Part shown: piece after piece, positions 48,222 through 58,400 of the stretch
How positions within the stretch are numbered: the first letter of the stretch is position 1
Layout of the letters: each line of letters begins with the position of its first letter
IMG/VR virus record: IMGVR_UViG_3300037452_000097
DNA length: 64,000 bases
Strand: one strand, 5' to 3'
Source of the DNA: an uncultured virus (IMG/VR IMGVR_UViG_3300037452_000097)
Lineage: Duplodnaviria > Heunggongvirae > Uroviricota > Caudoviricetes
Notes under the pieces: generated by a model
What the model saw: only the letters and a program-made list of their open reading frames with translations
The model's database searches: none
Told to the model about the DNA's origin: nothing
Translations under genes and position numbers: made by a program

Positions 48222-48362
48222 TTGCCATACATATTGCCGCGCTAAATTTTGTGAAGATCGCGGACGGTGCCTTAATATATGGCCGGGTCCGGGTGGATTT
48301 TTACATATTTATTTTGACGACGCAATTAAGTTGATTAACGCCAAGAAGGAGGTTGCCGCCGA

Positions 48363-48872
48363 ATGAGCCTCCTTCGCCTCCCCTGGTGGCTCCGGCGCCG
48401 CCTTTTCGCGCGCGTGTGGCATTGCGCCGATCGGGCGCCGGATGTTGTGGTGGGCGGGAAAGAGCGGCCATATCTCAAGCGATGGCACGTGATTCCGCGC
48501 AATCCGGTTTTCAACATATACTTGCACGAATTCTTGCGGTCGGACGACGATCGCGCGCTGCATGACCATCAATGGGTCAATTGTTCTATTTTGTTACATG
48601 GGGAATACATTGAACATTTGCGAGGCGGCGCGCAAGTCCGCAGGCGCGGCGGCGATGTCGTGTTTCGGTTGCCGTGCGCGGCGCATCGGATTGAGTTACC
48701 CCCCTCGTCGCAAGGTTCGACATACGCGGTAGTTGCCTCGGTTTGGACGCTGTTCATAACCGGCCCGCGCGTGCGGGAATGGGGGTTTTGGTGCGGGCAA
48801 CGGTGGGTGCATTGGCGTGAGTTTACGGCGGCGGGGGATAGCGGAACGGCCGGGCCGGGGTGTGAGCCATGA
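48363..48872 (+). CDS. cupin-like phage protein
   Basis: YLKRW...NIYLHEFLRSDDDRALHDH.W...AHRIEL...WTLFITGPR.REWGF. Confidence 0.75.
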   Translation: MSLLRLPWWLRRRLFARVWHCADRAPDVVVGGKERPYLKRWHVIPRNPVFNIYLHEFLRSDDDRALHDHQWVNCSILLHGEYIEHLRGGAQVRRRGGDVVFRLPCAAHRIELPPSSQGSTYAVVASVWTLFITGPRVREWGFWCGQRWVHWREFTAAGDSGTAGPGCEP

Positions 48873-49813
48873 CTGTGCGCGTCCTTGACCTTTTTTCCGG
48901 CATTGGCGGCTTTTCTCTTGGGCTTGAACGCGCCGGAATGAAGACGGTTGCATTTTGCGAGATTGATCCGTTTTGCCGCAAGGTTCTTGCGAAACATTGG
49001 CCGAAGGTTCCTTGCTATGACGACGTGCGAACCCTTACTGCCGCTAGACTTGCCGCAGACGGAATTATCGAGACTGTGGCCGACGCCAACGAGCCACGAC
49101 TCATCGAACAGAGGCGCGAGGCCGCAATATGCTACCGGGAACCATCACCTAGCCAGTCTGGAATTTGTCGTGATGAATGGCAGCGTATCGACCTCATCTG
49201 CGGCGGCTTCCCGTGCCAGGACATCAGCGTTGCCGGGAAAGGCGCGGGAATTGATGGCGCGCGCAGCGGCTTATGGACAGAGTTCGCCAGAATTATTGGC
49301 GAGGTACGACCGCAATACGTCATTGTGGAGAACGTCGCAGCTTTGCTTGGACGGGGACTTGCAAGAGTTCTCGGAGACTTGGCCGCGCTCGGGTTTGATG
49401 CGGAATGGCACTGCATACCAGCTTCCGCCGTTGGCGCCCCTCACAGGCGTGACCGAGTGTGGATCATTGCCGACGCCATCGGCAACGAGTTACGGGGCAA
49501 ATCAGGGCGGCGCGGCAGGGCGCGTTGGGCCGATCAGACCGAGCTTGGAGACGATGGCGCGCAAGGATATGTGGCCGACGCCGACGATGCAAATGGCGAG
49601 GCGATGCCGTTTGGAGGGGCGCATCGATGGGATTGCGCACGCGGCAGCGACGGGTGGCTCGTTGAACCCGACGTGGGTCGAGTGGCTCATGGGGTTCCCG
49701 CTCGGGTGGACAGACTTAGAAGTCTCGGCAATGCCGTCGTGCCGCAAATCCCGGAGTTAATTGGGCTGGCGATTCTCGACGCGCCTCTGTTCGCGGAGGT
49801 TGCGGCGGAATGA
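48869..49813 (+). CDS. DNA (cytosine-5) methyltransferase, alpha-like polypeptide
   Basis: DLFSGIGG (I), GGFPCQD (IV), ENV (VI), HRRDRVWI (VIII) and LGNAV (X); no motif IX in this frame. Confidence 0.9.
   Translation: MTVRVLDLFSGIGGFSLGLERAGMKTVAFCEIDPFCRKVLAKHWPKVPCYDDVRTLTAARLAADGIIETVADANEPRLIEQRREAAICYREPSPSQSGICRDEWQRIDLICGGFPCQDISVAGKGAGIDGARSGLWTEFARIIGEVRPQYVIVENVAALLGRGLARVLGDLAALGFDAEWHCIPASAVGAPHRRDRVWIIADAIGNELRGKSGRRGRARWADQTELGDDGAQGYVADADDANGEAMPFGGAHRWDCARGSDGWLVEPDVGRVAHGVPARVDRLRSLGNAVVPQIPELIGLAILDAPLFAEVAAE
48948..49760 (+). CDS. overlapping alternate-frame polypeptide (beta-like subunit) nested in the C5 MTase
   Basis: 270-aa open +1 frame ending LNPTWVEWLMGFPLGWT (motif IX-like); true start uncertain. 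Confidence 0.65.
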   Translation: MHFARLIRFAARFLRNIGRRFLAMTTCEPLLPLDLPQTELSRLWPTPTSHDSSNRGARPQYATGNHHLASLEFVVMNGSVSTSSAAASRARTSALPGKARELMARAAAYGQSSPELLARYDRNTSLWRTSQLCLDGDLQEFSETWPRSGLMRNGTAYQLPPLAPLTGVTECGSLPTPSATSYGANQGGAAGRVGPIRPSLETMARKDMWPTPTMQMARRCRLEGRIDGIAHAAATGGSLNPTWVEWLMGFPLGWTDLEVSAMPSCRKSRS

Positions 49814-50037
49814 GTGATGCAACGGCGCAAGCAAAGCTGGAACTGCTCCGCGATCACGTGCGGGAGGAGCTGGGCGCGGCAGTGCTGCAAGGGCAACTTG
49901 CGCAGACGCATCTGCAAATTGCCGACGACGACGCTATGACCTATGCGCTGCGCCGGCTTGTGCGGCATGTCCGGGAAGCCGCCAGGACGGCGAACGAAAT
50001 AATTGCATTGGGGGCGGGCGATGGCCGGCCCGGATGA
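49810..50037 (+). CDS. hypothetical protein
   Basis: Coupled 75-aa ORF. Confidence 0.55.
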   Translation: MSDATAQAKLELLRDHVREELGAAVLQGQLAQTHLQIADDDAMTYALRRLVRHVREAARTANEIIALGAGDGRPG

Positions 50038-51385
50038 CGATGACACACTCCCGCCTATCGACAGAACAGACCTGGAGTGGAAAGCTTTTTCCAAGGATAT
50101 GGACGAGGTTTTCGAGGAGACGGCCAAGAAGCCTAAGCGTAAAAAAGCCGGGGTTCCCGTCAAGGCCAACGGCAACGGCGGCGCGCACGAAGATTTGGGA
50201 TTTATATGCACCGAGGAAGGGCAAGTTTTCCGCGGGCACCCGGAGAATATTCGGATTGCGTTGCGGGGCTTGGGCGTCGTGATCCGGCAAAACGATTTCA
50301 CCGGTACGCCGGAAATTGCCGGGGTTGATGGGTTAATCGGCGAGCTCACCGACGCCGCGGCTACACGCATGCGGTTTTTGATTGGGGAGACATATTTTTT
50401 CTTGCCTCCTAAGGAGCTTTTCGAGGACGTGCTGATCGACGTTGCACATTTGAACCGGTTTCATCCCGTGCGGGAGTGGCTTGATTCGCTTGAGTGGGAC
50501 GGCAGTCCGCGCATCGATGATTGGCTTGTGGCCTACGGCGGGGCGGAACGGACGGCGTTCAATTGCGCGGTAGGGCGGGTGTTCCTCGTTGCCGGCGTGC
50601 GGCGTGTGCGGCGGCCGGGGTGCAAGTTCGATACGATGCTGGTTTTGGAGGGGCCGCAGGGGCGGAACAAGAGCCAGGCGGCGGAAGCCTTGGCCATGCG
50701 GCGGCATTGGTTCACGGACGGGTTGTCGCTAGACGCCGATCCGAAGGTGGTGATCGAGCAAACGAAGGGTTCGTGGATAATCGAGTTTGCCGAGCTGACC
50801 GGGATGAGAACGCGGGAGCTGGAGCGGATCAAGGCTTTTTTGGCCCGCGGCGTCGATAAGGCGAGGGCGGCTTACGGGCGGCGGGCGCAATCTATACCGC
50901 GGCAGTTCGTTGGGATCGGGACAACCAACGATAGGCAATATCTGCGCAAAGACGAGCGTAGATTGTGGCCGGTCATGATCGAGAGGTTTGACCTTGCGGC
51001 GTTGCGGCGGGACGTGCCGCAGCTTTGGGCGGAGGCGGCGCATTACGAGGCCGAGGGCGAGGAGATCACACTGCAAGAGGATCTTTGGGGCGAGGCAAGT
51101 AAGGCGAGGGTTGAGAGGATTATTGCGGATCCTATCGAGGAGGCGCTCGCCGAGGCATTGGGGCACAAGCCGGGGTGGATCGCCACAAAGTCCGTCTGGT
51201 CGATCCTTAACGTTCCGATCGAGCGGCGGGCGGTGATGGCGACGGCTATGGGCAACGCGATGAGCGAGCTTGGGTTTACGATCAGGCAGGTAGGGGGGCA
51301 AGGCGACCCAAGGGGTAATCGGGGGACCCGCTATTATGAGAGAGGGGAAACGGAAGCGGAGCGGGTAAGACAACTGTTTTTTTGA
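50021..51385 (+). CDS. VapE (virulence-associated E)-like helicase/ATPase
   Basis: FHPVREWL..L.WDG..R; PGCKFD..LVLEGPQGRNKS; WIIEFAEL; R.AYGR...PRQ.V.IGTTN...RR.WP. Confidence 0.88.
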   Translation: MAGPDDDDTLPPIDRTDLEWKAFSKDMDEVFEETAKKPKRKKAGVPVKANGNGGAHEDLGFICTEEGQVFRGHPENIRIALRGLGVVIRQNDFTGTPEIAGVDGLIGELTDAAATRMRFLIGETYFFLPPKELFEDVLIDVAHLNRFHPVREWLDSLEWDGSPRIDDWLVAYGGAERTAFNCAVGRVFLVAGVRRVRRPGCKFDTMLVLEGPQGRNKSQAAEALAMRRHWFTDGLSLDADPKVVIEQTKGSWIIEFAELTGMRTRELERIKAFLARGVDKARAAYGRRAQSIPRQFVGIGTTNDRQYLRKDERRLWPVMIERFDLAALRRDVPQLWAEAAHYEAEGEEITLQEDLWGEASKARVERIIADPIEEALAEALGHKPGWIATKSVWSILNVPIERRAVMATAMGNAMSELGFTIRQVGGQGDPRGNRGTRYYERGETEAERVRQLFF

Positions 51386-51409
51386 GGCCGGGGAGCGCGT
51401 TTCCGGAGC

Positions 51410-51657
51410 ATGTTACAAAAATGGCCTACCCCGTTACCGCGTTACAAAAGTTCCTCTACTTGTAACACAGTAACTAGGTTGTAACTAGGTATTGTAACTA
51501 GGTTAACCTATTGATATATAAGGAAAGTAACGCAGCAACATGGTAGGGTATGATCCTGGTGAGACTAGCAAAGTGTAGCGTGAACACATAGGGAACATAA
51601 GGGAGGAAAAGGTACTCTAGGGAAACAGGGGGTTACCTGCGTTACAGCGTTACAAGT
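51410..51657. repeat. GTTAC/GTAAC iteron cluster, probable replication origin
   Basis: About ten GTTAC/GTAAC units, including three tandem GTAACTAGGT, in a non-coding gap after VapE. Confidence 0.65.
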
Positions 51658-51913
51658 TGGGGACGCTATGGAAGCTTAGGGTAGGCCGTTGGGAGTTGTG
51701 GTTAAATGAGTAAAACTAGCGCCGATGATGTCGTGAATGCCGCCCGTGCGTTGATTGGGCTCGTCCGAGGTATGGAGAAAACCGAGAGGCAGCGTTCGTC
51801 CATGGCCGAATTGACGCTGGATGTGAAACTTACTAGCGGCGAAACGGAAACATGGACGATTACGATCGAACGAATGGCATCGACGCATTGAGGGCTTACC
51901 ACGGTAAAACGCA

Positions 51914-52522
51914 ATGAACCTACACCTTGAACAGCTCAAGCTTACCATCCGTAACGCTTGGCTAACGCTACGCATGTTGCCGGATCCGGACGCGCGATTC
52001 CGGCGAGCCTTTGGAAGCGCTTGGACTCTTCCGGTTGTCCAAGAGGCGCGCGACGCCTACGGCGCGACGCCGGCAAGCTGGCTGGGAACGCCGACCGCGC
52101 ATGAAATTTCGGAAATGGAAACGGTTTTTGACTGGCTGTTGTGGCTCTTGAAGGTCGAGGGGGACGTCACCGGCAAAATATCGATCCGGCGAATCGCGGC
52201 ATGGTCAATGGGCCAGCCCGTGTGGAAAATGGCCCAACGCGAGCGATGTTCGGAGAAGACAATTCACAACCGGATTGATAGAAGCATAGCAAAAATCTCC
52301 GGACAATTCAAAAGCTTGCCGGTAAAAATGGAAGTTGTTGACGAAGCCGAGCAAGCGCCCGAACGAATTAGGGGGTTCGCGCCGGTTCCGGAGCGGCCGG
52401 TTGCCGGGACTTTAGCCGAGCCGGGGAAAGTCTACATCGGGGGCGAGGGGTTCCGGATTCACGGGGAAAAATACCGGTCTTCCTATGACGTCGGAGAAGT
52501 TTCCCGGGGAAAAAGACGTTAA
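51914..52522 (+). CDS. late transcription regulator-like protein (DUF6362-like)
   Basis: A..TLRMLP...PT..EISEME....WL.WL plus a C-terminal HTH-like segment; sits at the end of the early arm. Confidence 0.55.
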   Translation: MNLHLEQLKLTIRNAWLTLRMLPDPDARFRRAFGSAWTLPVVQEARDAYGATPASWLGTPTAHEISEMETVFDWLLWLLKVEGDVTGKISIRRIAAWSMGQPVWKMAQRERCSEKTIHNRIDRSIAKISGQFKSLPVKMEVVDEAEQAPERIRGFAPVPERPVAGTLAEPGKVYIGGEGFRIHGEKYRSSYDVGEVSRGKRR

Positions 52523-52537
52523 TAAGGAGCGTTATCG

Positions 52538-52969
52538 GTGGTTAATATAGATGAATATAAGGCAAATATAAGAGATTTTATAAAAAGACAAGGGTTTAGT
52601 TGTATCTATCTAATATCTTGTGATAAAGGCATTCCGACAAAGATAGGTGTTGCAAGTGATATATGTGCAAGGTTGACTTCTATTCAAACTGGTAACTGGG
52701 TAAAGTTAGGATTAAAATATATTATATGGCTTCCTGGGAAAGCGGCATCAGATCGTGTTGAGGCAGAATTACATAGAAGGTATAGTGAGTATAAAATATG
52801 TGGGGAATGGTTCGATTTAGATTGCACTAGCCTGGAAGGAGAAATTGAGATTGTCGCTCGCTTGTTATATCCATCATTAATTCTAGTGACTCATTCTGAG
52901 ATGATAAAATATGCAATGAAAAAAATAGATAACCGGGTTGATAGGATTCTTGCAAGGATGGGGTTATAA
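52538..52969 (+). CDS. GIY-YIG / T5orf172-like protein
   Basis: IYLI...KIGVA.D...RL.SIQTGN...E.ELH...GEWF; AT-rich. Confidence 0.8.
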   Translation: MVNIDEYKANIRDFIKRQGFSCIYLISCDKGIPTKIGVASDICARLTSIQTGNWVKLGLKYIIWLPGKAASDRVEAELHRRYSEYKICGEWFDLDCTSLEGEIEIVARLLYPSLILVTHSEMIKYAMKKIDNRVDRILARMGL

Positions 52970-53295
52970 AAATAATTTCTCTTGACATTACGGTAAAAGG
53001 GGTTGAGAGGCTTATTTCACAGTCAAGATGCGGGTTTTGTTTTGGCGATTATATCGTTGACACCACAAGCACCATATGTAGGTTCTGAGCCGCGAGCGGC
53101 AACCGATTCGGTTTCCGCCGCTGGCGCGCTCGAACTGGTAGCAATACCATCCCTAAAAAATGGAGATAGAATTCATCTGAACATTGACATGGTTCGCGCT
53201 GGCGTCGCAGCACTTAGCGAATGGGACCATGAACAAGAGCAGGAGGAGTTGATAGTCATTGAGATTTTTTATCGGATGCTCGAGAAAGCATTAAT

Positions 53296-53709
53296 TCAAG
53301 CTATTCCGACTTCTTCATGAATAAGTTTCTCAAGGCGAACAATATCTGGTGACGTAGTAAAATAATGAGCGGCGCAGATAAGTTCAAAAAGAATAGGATC
53401 AATGGAATTAGCTGAATATAGGAAATTGGTTGACGGTGTTCTAATTGAGCCTAGGTGTATATGAGTATGAAGTTTCCCGTCTTTTTTTGAATACGTTGCG
53501 CAGTTTCTTATATTTGATATAATTGTGTCTGTTTCGTTTTTTGGGACGCCAGAATGAACACCGGATGCTATATTAGCAACATATTTTATCACAGAACGGC
53601 GACTTATCCATTTGCCTTTCAGGCAAAGAATCCGATTGCTCAGGAATCCTTCCTGACTTAAGGCAACGAGTTTATGAGGTTCGAAATCGTCGTAATGTTT
53701 GGGGTGCAT
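53296..53709 (-). pseudogene. AT-rich ORF, possibly a 5'-truncated gene remnant
   Basis: Protein-like ISRRSVIKYVAN..SGVH, no SD, and an in-frame stop shortly upstream. Confidence 0.35.
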
Positions 53710-54003
53710 TCCATCGCGCGGCGAACCGGCATCCGCTTAAGCGCTCAGGCTATCACAGCCGAAGATGGTAGAGGCGGTACATAATTAGCGCCTATTCAAG
53801 GAGAGCCCTTGAATAAAAGCCAGATTCGTGCCATCATGTCCGCAGGTAAATGCGGGCCGCGACAGTCACTTGTCCGACCTTCACGCCGACATCGAGGACT
53901 CAGTCTCGTTCTGTCGGCGACCTAACCAGTCAGCGATCATGCGGGGCGTTGAGCACCCCGCATGATCGCGAACGTCTGTGCGGGATCACAAATTGTGACA
54001 TGC

Positions 54004-54186
54004 CTATTCGTGCGGTGTGACGCCGAGAGCGAGTGCCGCACATGCTAGGGCAACGAATTTTTTGATCTTCCACCGTCCACTTTCATAGTAAGCGTAAGCG
54101 TTAGTGGAAAGGCCGAGCTGCCTAGCGGCCTCTGCTTTTGACCAATTGCGCCGCGCGCGCCACGCCCGTAGATTTTCCGGTGTCAT
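54004..54186 (-). CDS. small XRE HTH protein, probably leaderless
   Basis: LRAWRARRNWSKAEAARQLGLS...YYESG; TTGACA-N16-TATATA ends 6 nt before ATG. Confidence 0.8.
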   Translation of the reverse strand: MTPENLRAWRARRNWSKAEAARQLGLSTNAYAYYESGRWKIKKFVALACAALALGVTPHE

Positions 54187-54410
54187 GACTCATATATACG
54201 CGATTTAGAGCATTTGTCAATCACATGTGCGCGAGCGGCAGCTATGTGCCCAAACTGGCCGTTGATTGCCGGAATAGCGGCGTCGGTTCTTGTGTGGGTG
54301 GTATTGCTCAAGCTTGCGGCTTATGGCTACGGCCTTTTCTTTCTCCGCCAATATGTGGCGCAAATGGAGCCACATACTGGGGCTGGCTTGATAATTATTA
54401 GGGAAGAATA

Positions 54411-54707
54411 ATGACGCTCCCCGCCGTGCGCGTGCCACTTTATGCCAACTACGACGATCAGCATGATGTTTTGTATATATCGAAAGAGGCAACGACTGGC
54501 GAATATGCGGACGACGATACTGAATTCGATATGTGGCTTCGCAAAAGAGAGGATGACGATACCCCTCAAGGAGTTACAATTTTCGGTCTAAGAAAATTTG
54601 ACGAAAATGAAGCCAATAGGATTTTTGAGCGGGCGGCATTATTTTTGGGCGTTACACGAGATGAGATTAAACTGCGAGCGGGCGCGGTTTTTTCGAGAAT
54701 GGCTTGA
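54411..54707 (+). CDS. DUF2283-like protein
   Basis: NYDDQHDVLYI...GVTIFG motif. Confidence 0.55.
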   Translation: MTLPAVRVPLYANYDDQHDVLYISKEATTGEYADDDTEFDMWLRKREDDDTPQGVTIFGLRKFDENEANRIFERAALFLGVTRDEIKLRAGAVFSRMA

Positions 54708-54949
54708 AAATGATAGTTCCCGCCGCCCGCGCACTTACCCGCGAGGAGCAAGGCATTATGCGCGAGGCTTGGCTGAAATCCGTTGCGATGCTTGCCGACG
54801 AGCCCGGCGACATGCAGGACGGCATGCTTGCCCATTATCTCGAACAGGTGAAGCTTTCCAACGTCAATGTCAAAGCGCGGCTTGATCGCGAGCCGTTCGA
54901 TTATCGCCGCGGCTTGATCGCGAGCCGTTCGATTATCGCGAGCTCCTGA
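54704..54949 (+). CDS. hypothetical protein
   Basis: Coupled 81-aa ORF. Confidence 0.45.
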   Translation: MKMIVPAARALTREEQGIMREAWLKSVAMLADEPGDMQDGMLAHYLEQVKLSNVNVKARLDREPFDYRRGLIASRSIIASS

Positions 54950-54981
54950 AATAATTCTACAAACTGAAATGGTATAATTTA

Positions 54982-55392
54982 GTGGTTGCTCATAAGGGCC
55001 ATCCAAAGGCGGGCGGCCGTGCAAAAGGAACGCAAAACAAAGCAACGCTTGAGATAAAAGAGCTTGCGCGCGTGCACGGCCCGGCCGGTATTACCAGGCT
55101 TGCTGAGATAGCATTTAATGATGCGCCGCTTGAAGCAGTTGCTGTTAGAGGACTGCAAAAGTTAGTCGCTGATGGCGCGTCAACGGCGGACGTTGTAAAA
55201 TTCGTTCGTGGGGCGTTTCAAATCCGAAGTGATCAAACATGCGTTGCTGCAATCAAAGAACTATTTGACCGCGGCTACGGCAAGGCGATTCAGCCAATCG
55301 CCGGCAGTGCGGACGGCGATCCGATACGAAACGAAACAAAAACAACCCTCATTTATTCCGGCGTTCTCGCTAAGTTCGACGAGAAAGTATGA
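54982..55392 (+). CDS. terS: terminase small subunit (putative)
   Basis: KAGGRAKGTQNKAT.EIKELAR...AAIKELFDRGYGK..Q. Confidence 0.7.
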   Translation: MVAHKGHPKAGGRAKGTQNKATLEIKELARVHGPAGITRLAEIAFNDAPLEAVAVRGLQKLVADGASTADVVKFVRGAFQIRSDQTCVAAIKELFDRGYGKAIQPIAGSADGDPIRNETKTTLIYSGVLAKFDEKV

Positions 55393-55415
55393 GCTTACCT
55401 CCATGAAATATCCGT

Positions 55416-58400
55416 ATGAACCGCTATAATCGGACCGTATGGTTTGCCGTAATTATATTAATAATTACTATATGCGCGCGCCCGTCCTATGCCGGCAATG
55501 CGCCGTCTTATACACCCGCCACGACGCCCTACACCGGTACGGAACTCTGGTATTGCGATCAGGCGGCAACGGACAAAAGCTGCTCCGTTACTAATATTGC
55601 AACCTTTGCCTATTTGCATCTGTCGGGAGATTGCACGGCTACATTAGGCGGCGCGATCACATGCCTCAAGTCGAACGGAATTGCTTTTGGCGCGCTCGCC
55701 TCTAAGACGCAGGCGAGCCTTACCGCGGATGTGAGCGGGCTTCTACCGATTGCTAATGGGGGCACCGGCACAGCGTCGCCAGGTATTATCGCCGGAACGA
55801 ACATCACCGTAACCGGCGCATGGCCGAATCAGACGGTGAATGGGGCATCCGGGGGTGGTGTAACAAGTGCCGCCGCGACGTTTACCGGCGGTCTGATTTC
55901 CGTCGCCGGATCACCGATTACAACGAGCGGAACATTCGCACTTACCGTTGCAGGTACATCAGGCGGCATCCCGTACTTTTCCAGCTCAACAGGTTGGGCA
56001 TCAAGTGCCGCACTAACGGCTAACGCCATCGTTGTCGGAGGCGGCGCGGGAGCCGCCCCGGCACCTTTAGGCTCGCTCGGGACGACGACCACAGTCCTGC
56101 ACGGCAATGTCGCCGGCGCGCCGACATTTGGTGCAGTGGCGCTCGCCACGGATGTATCCGGCATTCTTCCACTTGCAAACGGGGGAACCGGCCAGACTAG
56201 CGCCGCTGCGGCGTTCAATGCGCTGTCCCCGATGACGACAATCGGAGACACGATCTATGGCGGCGCGGCGGGAGTCGGAACTCGGCTCGCAAATGGAACT
56301 AGCGGGCAGTTCCTCGGGGCGAATACGGGCGCGGCTCCGTCATGGCAGAGCCCGCCTGGCGGCACGGTCACTAGCGCTGCGGAAACTTTCACCGGCGGGA
56401 TAATCTCGGTTGCAGGCTCACCGATCACGACCAGCGGCACATTTGCCCTGACCGTTGCAGGAACGTCCGGAGGAATACCCTATTTCTCAAGCGCGACAGG
56501 ATGGGCGTCGAGCGCGGTGTTGACCGCGAACCTTCCCGTCATAGGAGGCGGCGCGGGAGCTGCGCCGAGTGTGGGCACGGTCACCGGTAACACGACAAAG
56601 TTTGCTACGTCGACAGGCGCGGTTGTAACCAACGATTGCGCGAAATGGGATGCGAACGGAAACATCATCGATGCTGGTGCGGCGTGCGGCGGTAGCGGCG
56701 GCGCTCTAATATCCGGCACGCCCGCAGCCCCAAATCAGGCGCAATGGACCGACGCCACGCACGTCAAGGGCGTTTCCCAAGGCATGTTCAACGTGCGCAC
56801 GATGTACGGCGCGATCCCGGACGGCAGCACGGACAACTCCACAACGATTGCGGCGGCCTTCACGGCCTCAAACGGCTTTGCGACCAACAATATTCCAACG
56901 GTTTATTTCGATTGCGATACGGGTTCCACGACTTGCACGTACAACTACGGCGGGAGCGGTATTAGCCCGCTCAATCCGACGAAGCCGACGACCATTATGT
57001 GCGCGCCTGGGGTGACGCTGAATTACACAGGCACTGCGCATGCGGTAGATCTTGGGCCTACGGGTTTGACGCTAGCTACTTATCATACGAGCCGCTACAC
57101 GGTCCAAGGATGCCGGTTCACCGGCGGGGCGAGTTACACTGCCGGCATCTATGTCAATAATTACATCATCAACACCGCTATTCTCTACAACGAGTTTTGG
57201 AATTTTGGGGTATCATATGTCGGGGGTGCCGCGAGCACGGCTGCCACGATTACCTATGATCGCAACGTATGGGAGCCTCTTGTCGATGGGAATTTTTGGC
57301 GAGACAGCGATGGCGTTACCCGCAACATGGTGGACTCGCATCTCGCTATTAACGGCCATTTCATGTTCTCACACAACGCCAATGAGTGCGCGACATCCGG
57401 CGGGGTGGCGTGCTCTATTTCCACTTACGGCTATGGCGTATGGATGTTTAGCGGCTGGATTGTTAATAGCGAGATCCAGTTTCATTACCCTGATATCCGG
57501 CTTGGGTCATGCGGAGGAGGCGGCGCGTGCGGCGGCGGGGAGGGAAAGTGGGTCATTAACAATGGGCTTGAGGGTAACCCTTCCGGCCCGACGCCACAGA
57601 TAACCTATGGTGATCCTGGAACGGTTGGCGCAACTATTCCAGGAGTTGTGATTAGAAATAATAATATTTTTAGCACTGCTGCCAGTGGCGTGCCGAACAT
57701 TGGTCCTGAAACAGCCTCAAGTAGCAATTTCGATATCTCCGGCGCTACGATCGAGAACAATCAGTTCACCTCTGCCCCGACAGGCGGCGCCCCATATGTC
57801 AAAACAGGTCCCGGTGTAAACGTATACGTAGCGAACAATTTCGGGGTTGGAGTTCCGCTCTCTCAGGCTTCATCTCCTCCGATTATTGATGCTGGGTTTG
57901 CGACGCAAAAAGCACGGTTTGGCCTCCGGTCTTATCAGAACGGGTCGCCGACGATGGCGAACGCCGTCGCCGTGTTTGACTCTAATGGCGTGGATCTTCA
58001 GCAAGGCAATTATCACAATCTTGCATCCCCAAGAATCTGCTCGGACGGTACGGGATCAGGGACGGCGCAAGTCTGCAATACGGCGCCGGCCTCAGATGTC
58101 AGCGGGGCGAATATTACTCTCGTCGCCGGCGACGAAATAATCTACAAGACCACCACGGCCAACACGGGGGATCTTACGATCTTGGTCGACAGCGGATCGG
58201 CTGTCCATGTCCGCAAGTTCGGGGGCATGTGCGTCTTGGCGGCGGATGACGTTTTGCCGAACGTCTACTATCCGCTGACCTACGACGGAACGTATCTCGA
58301 AATCTCGGCCCCGAATCTCAAGCCGTGCGGATACACTGTCGCGGCGCTACCCGCGACGGCGGCGCTCGGCGCGGTGATTGGCAATCACGCCTATGTCACA

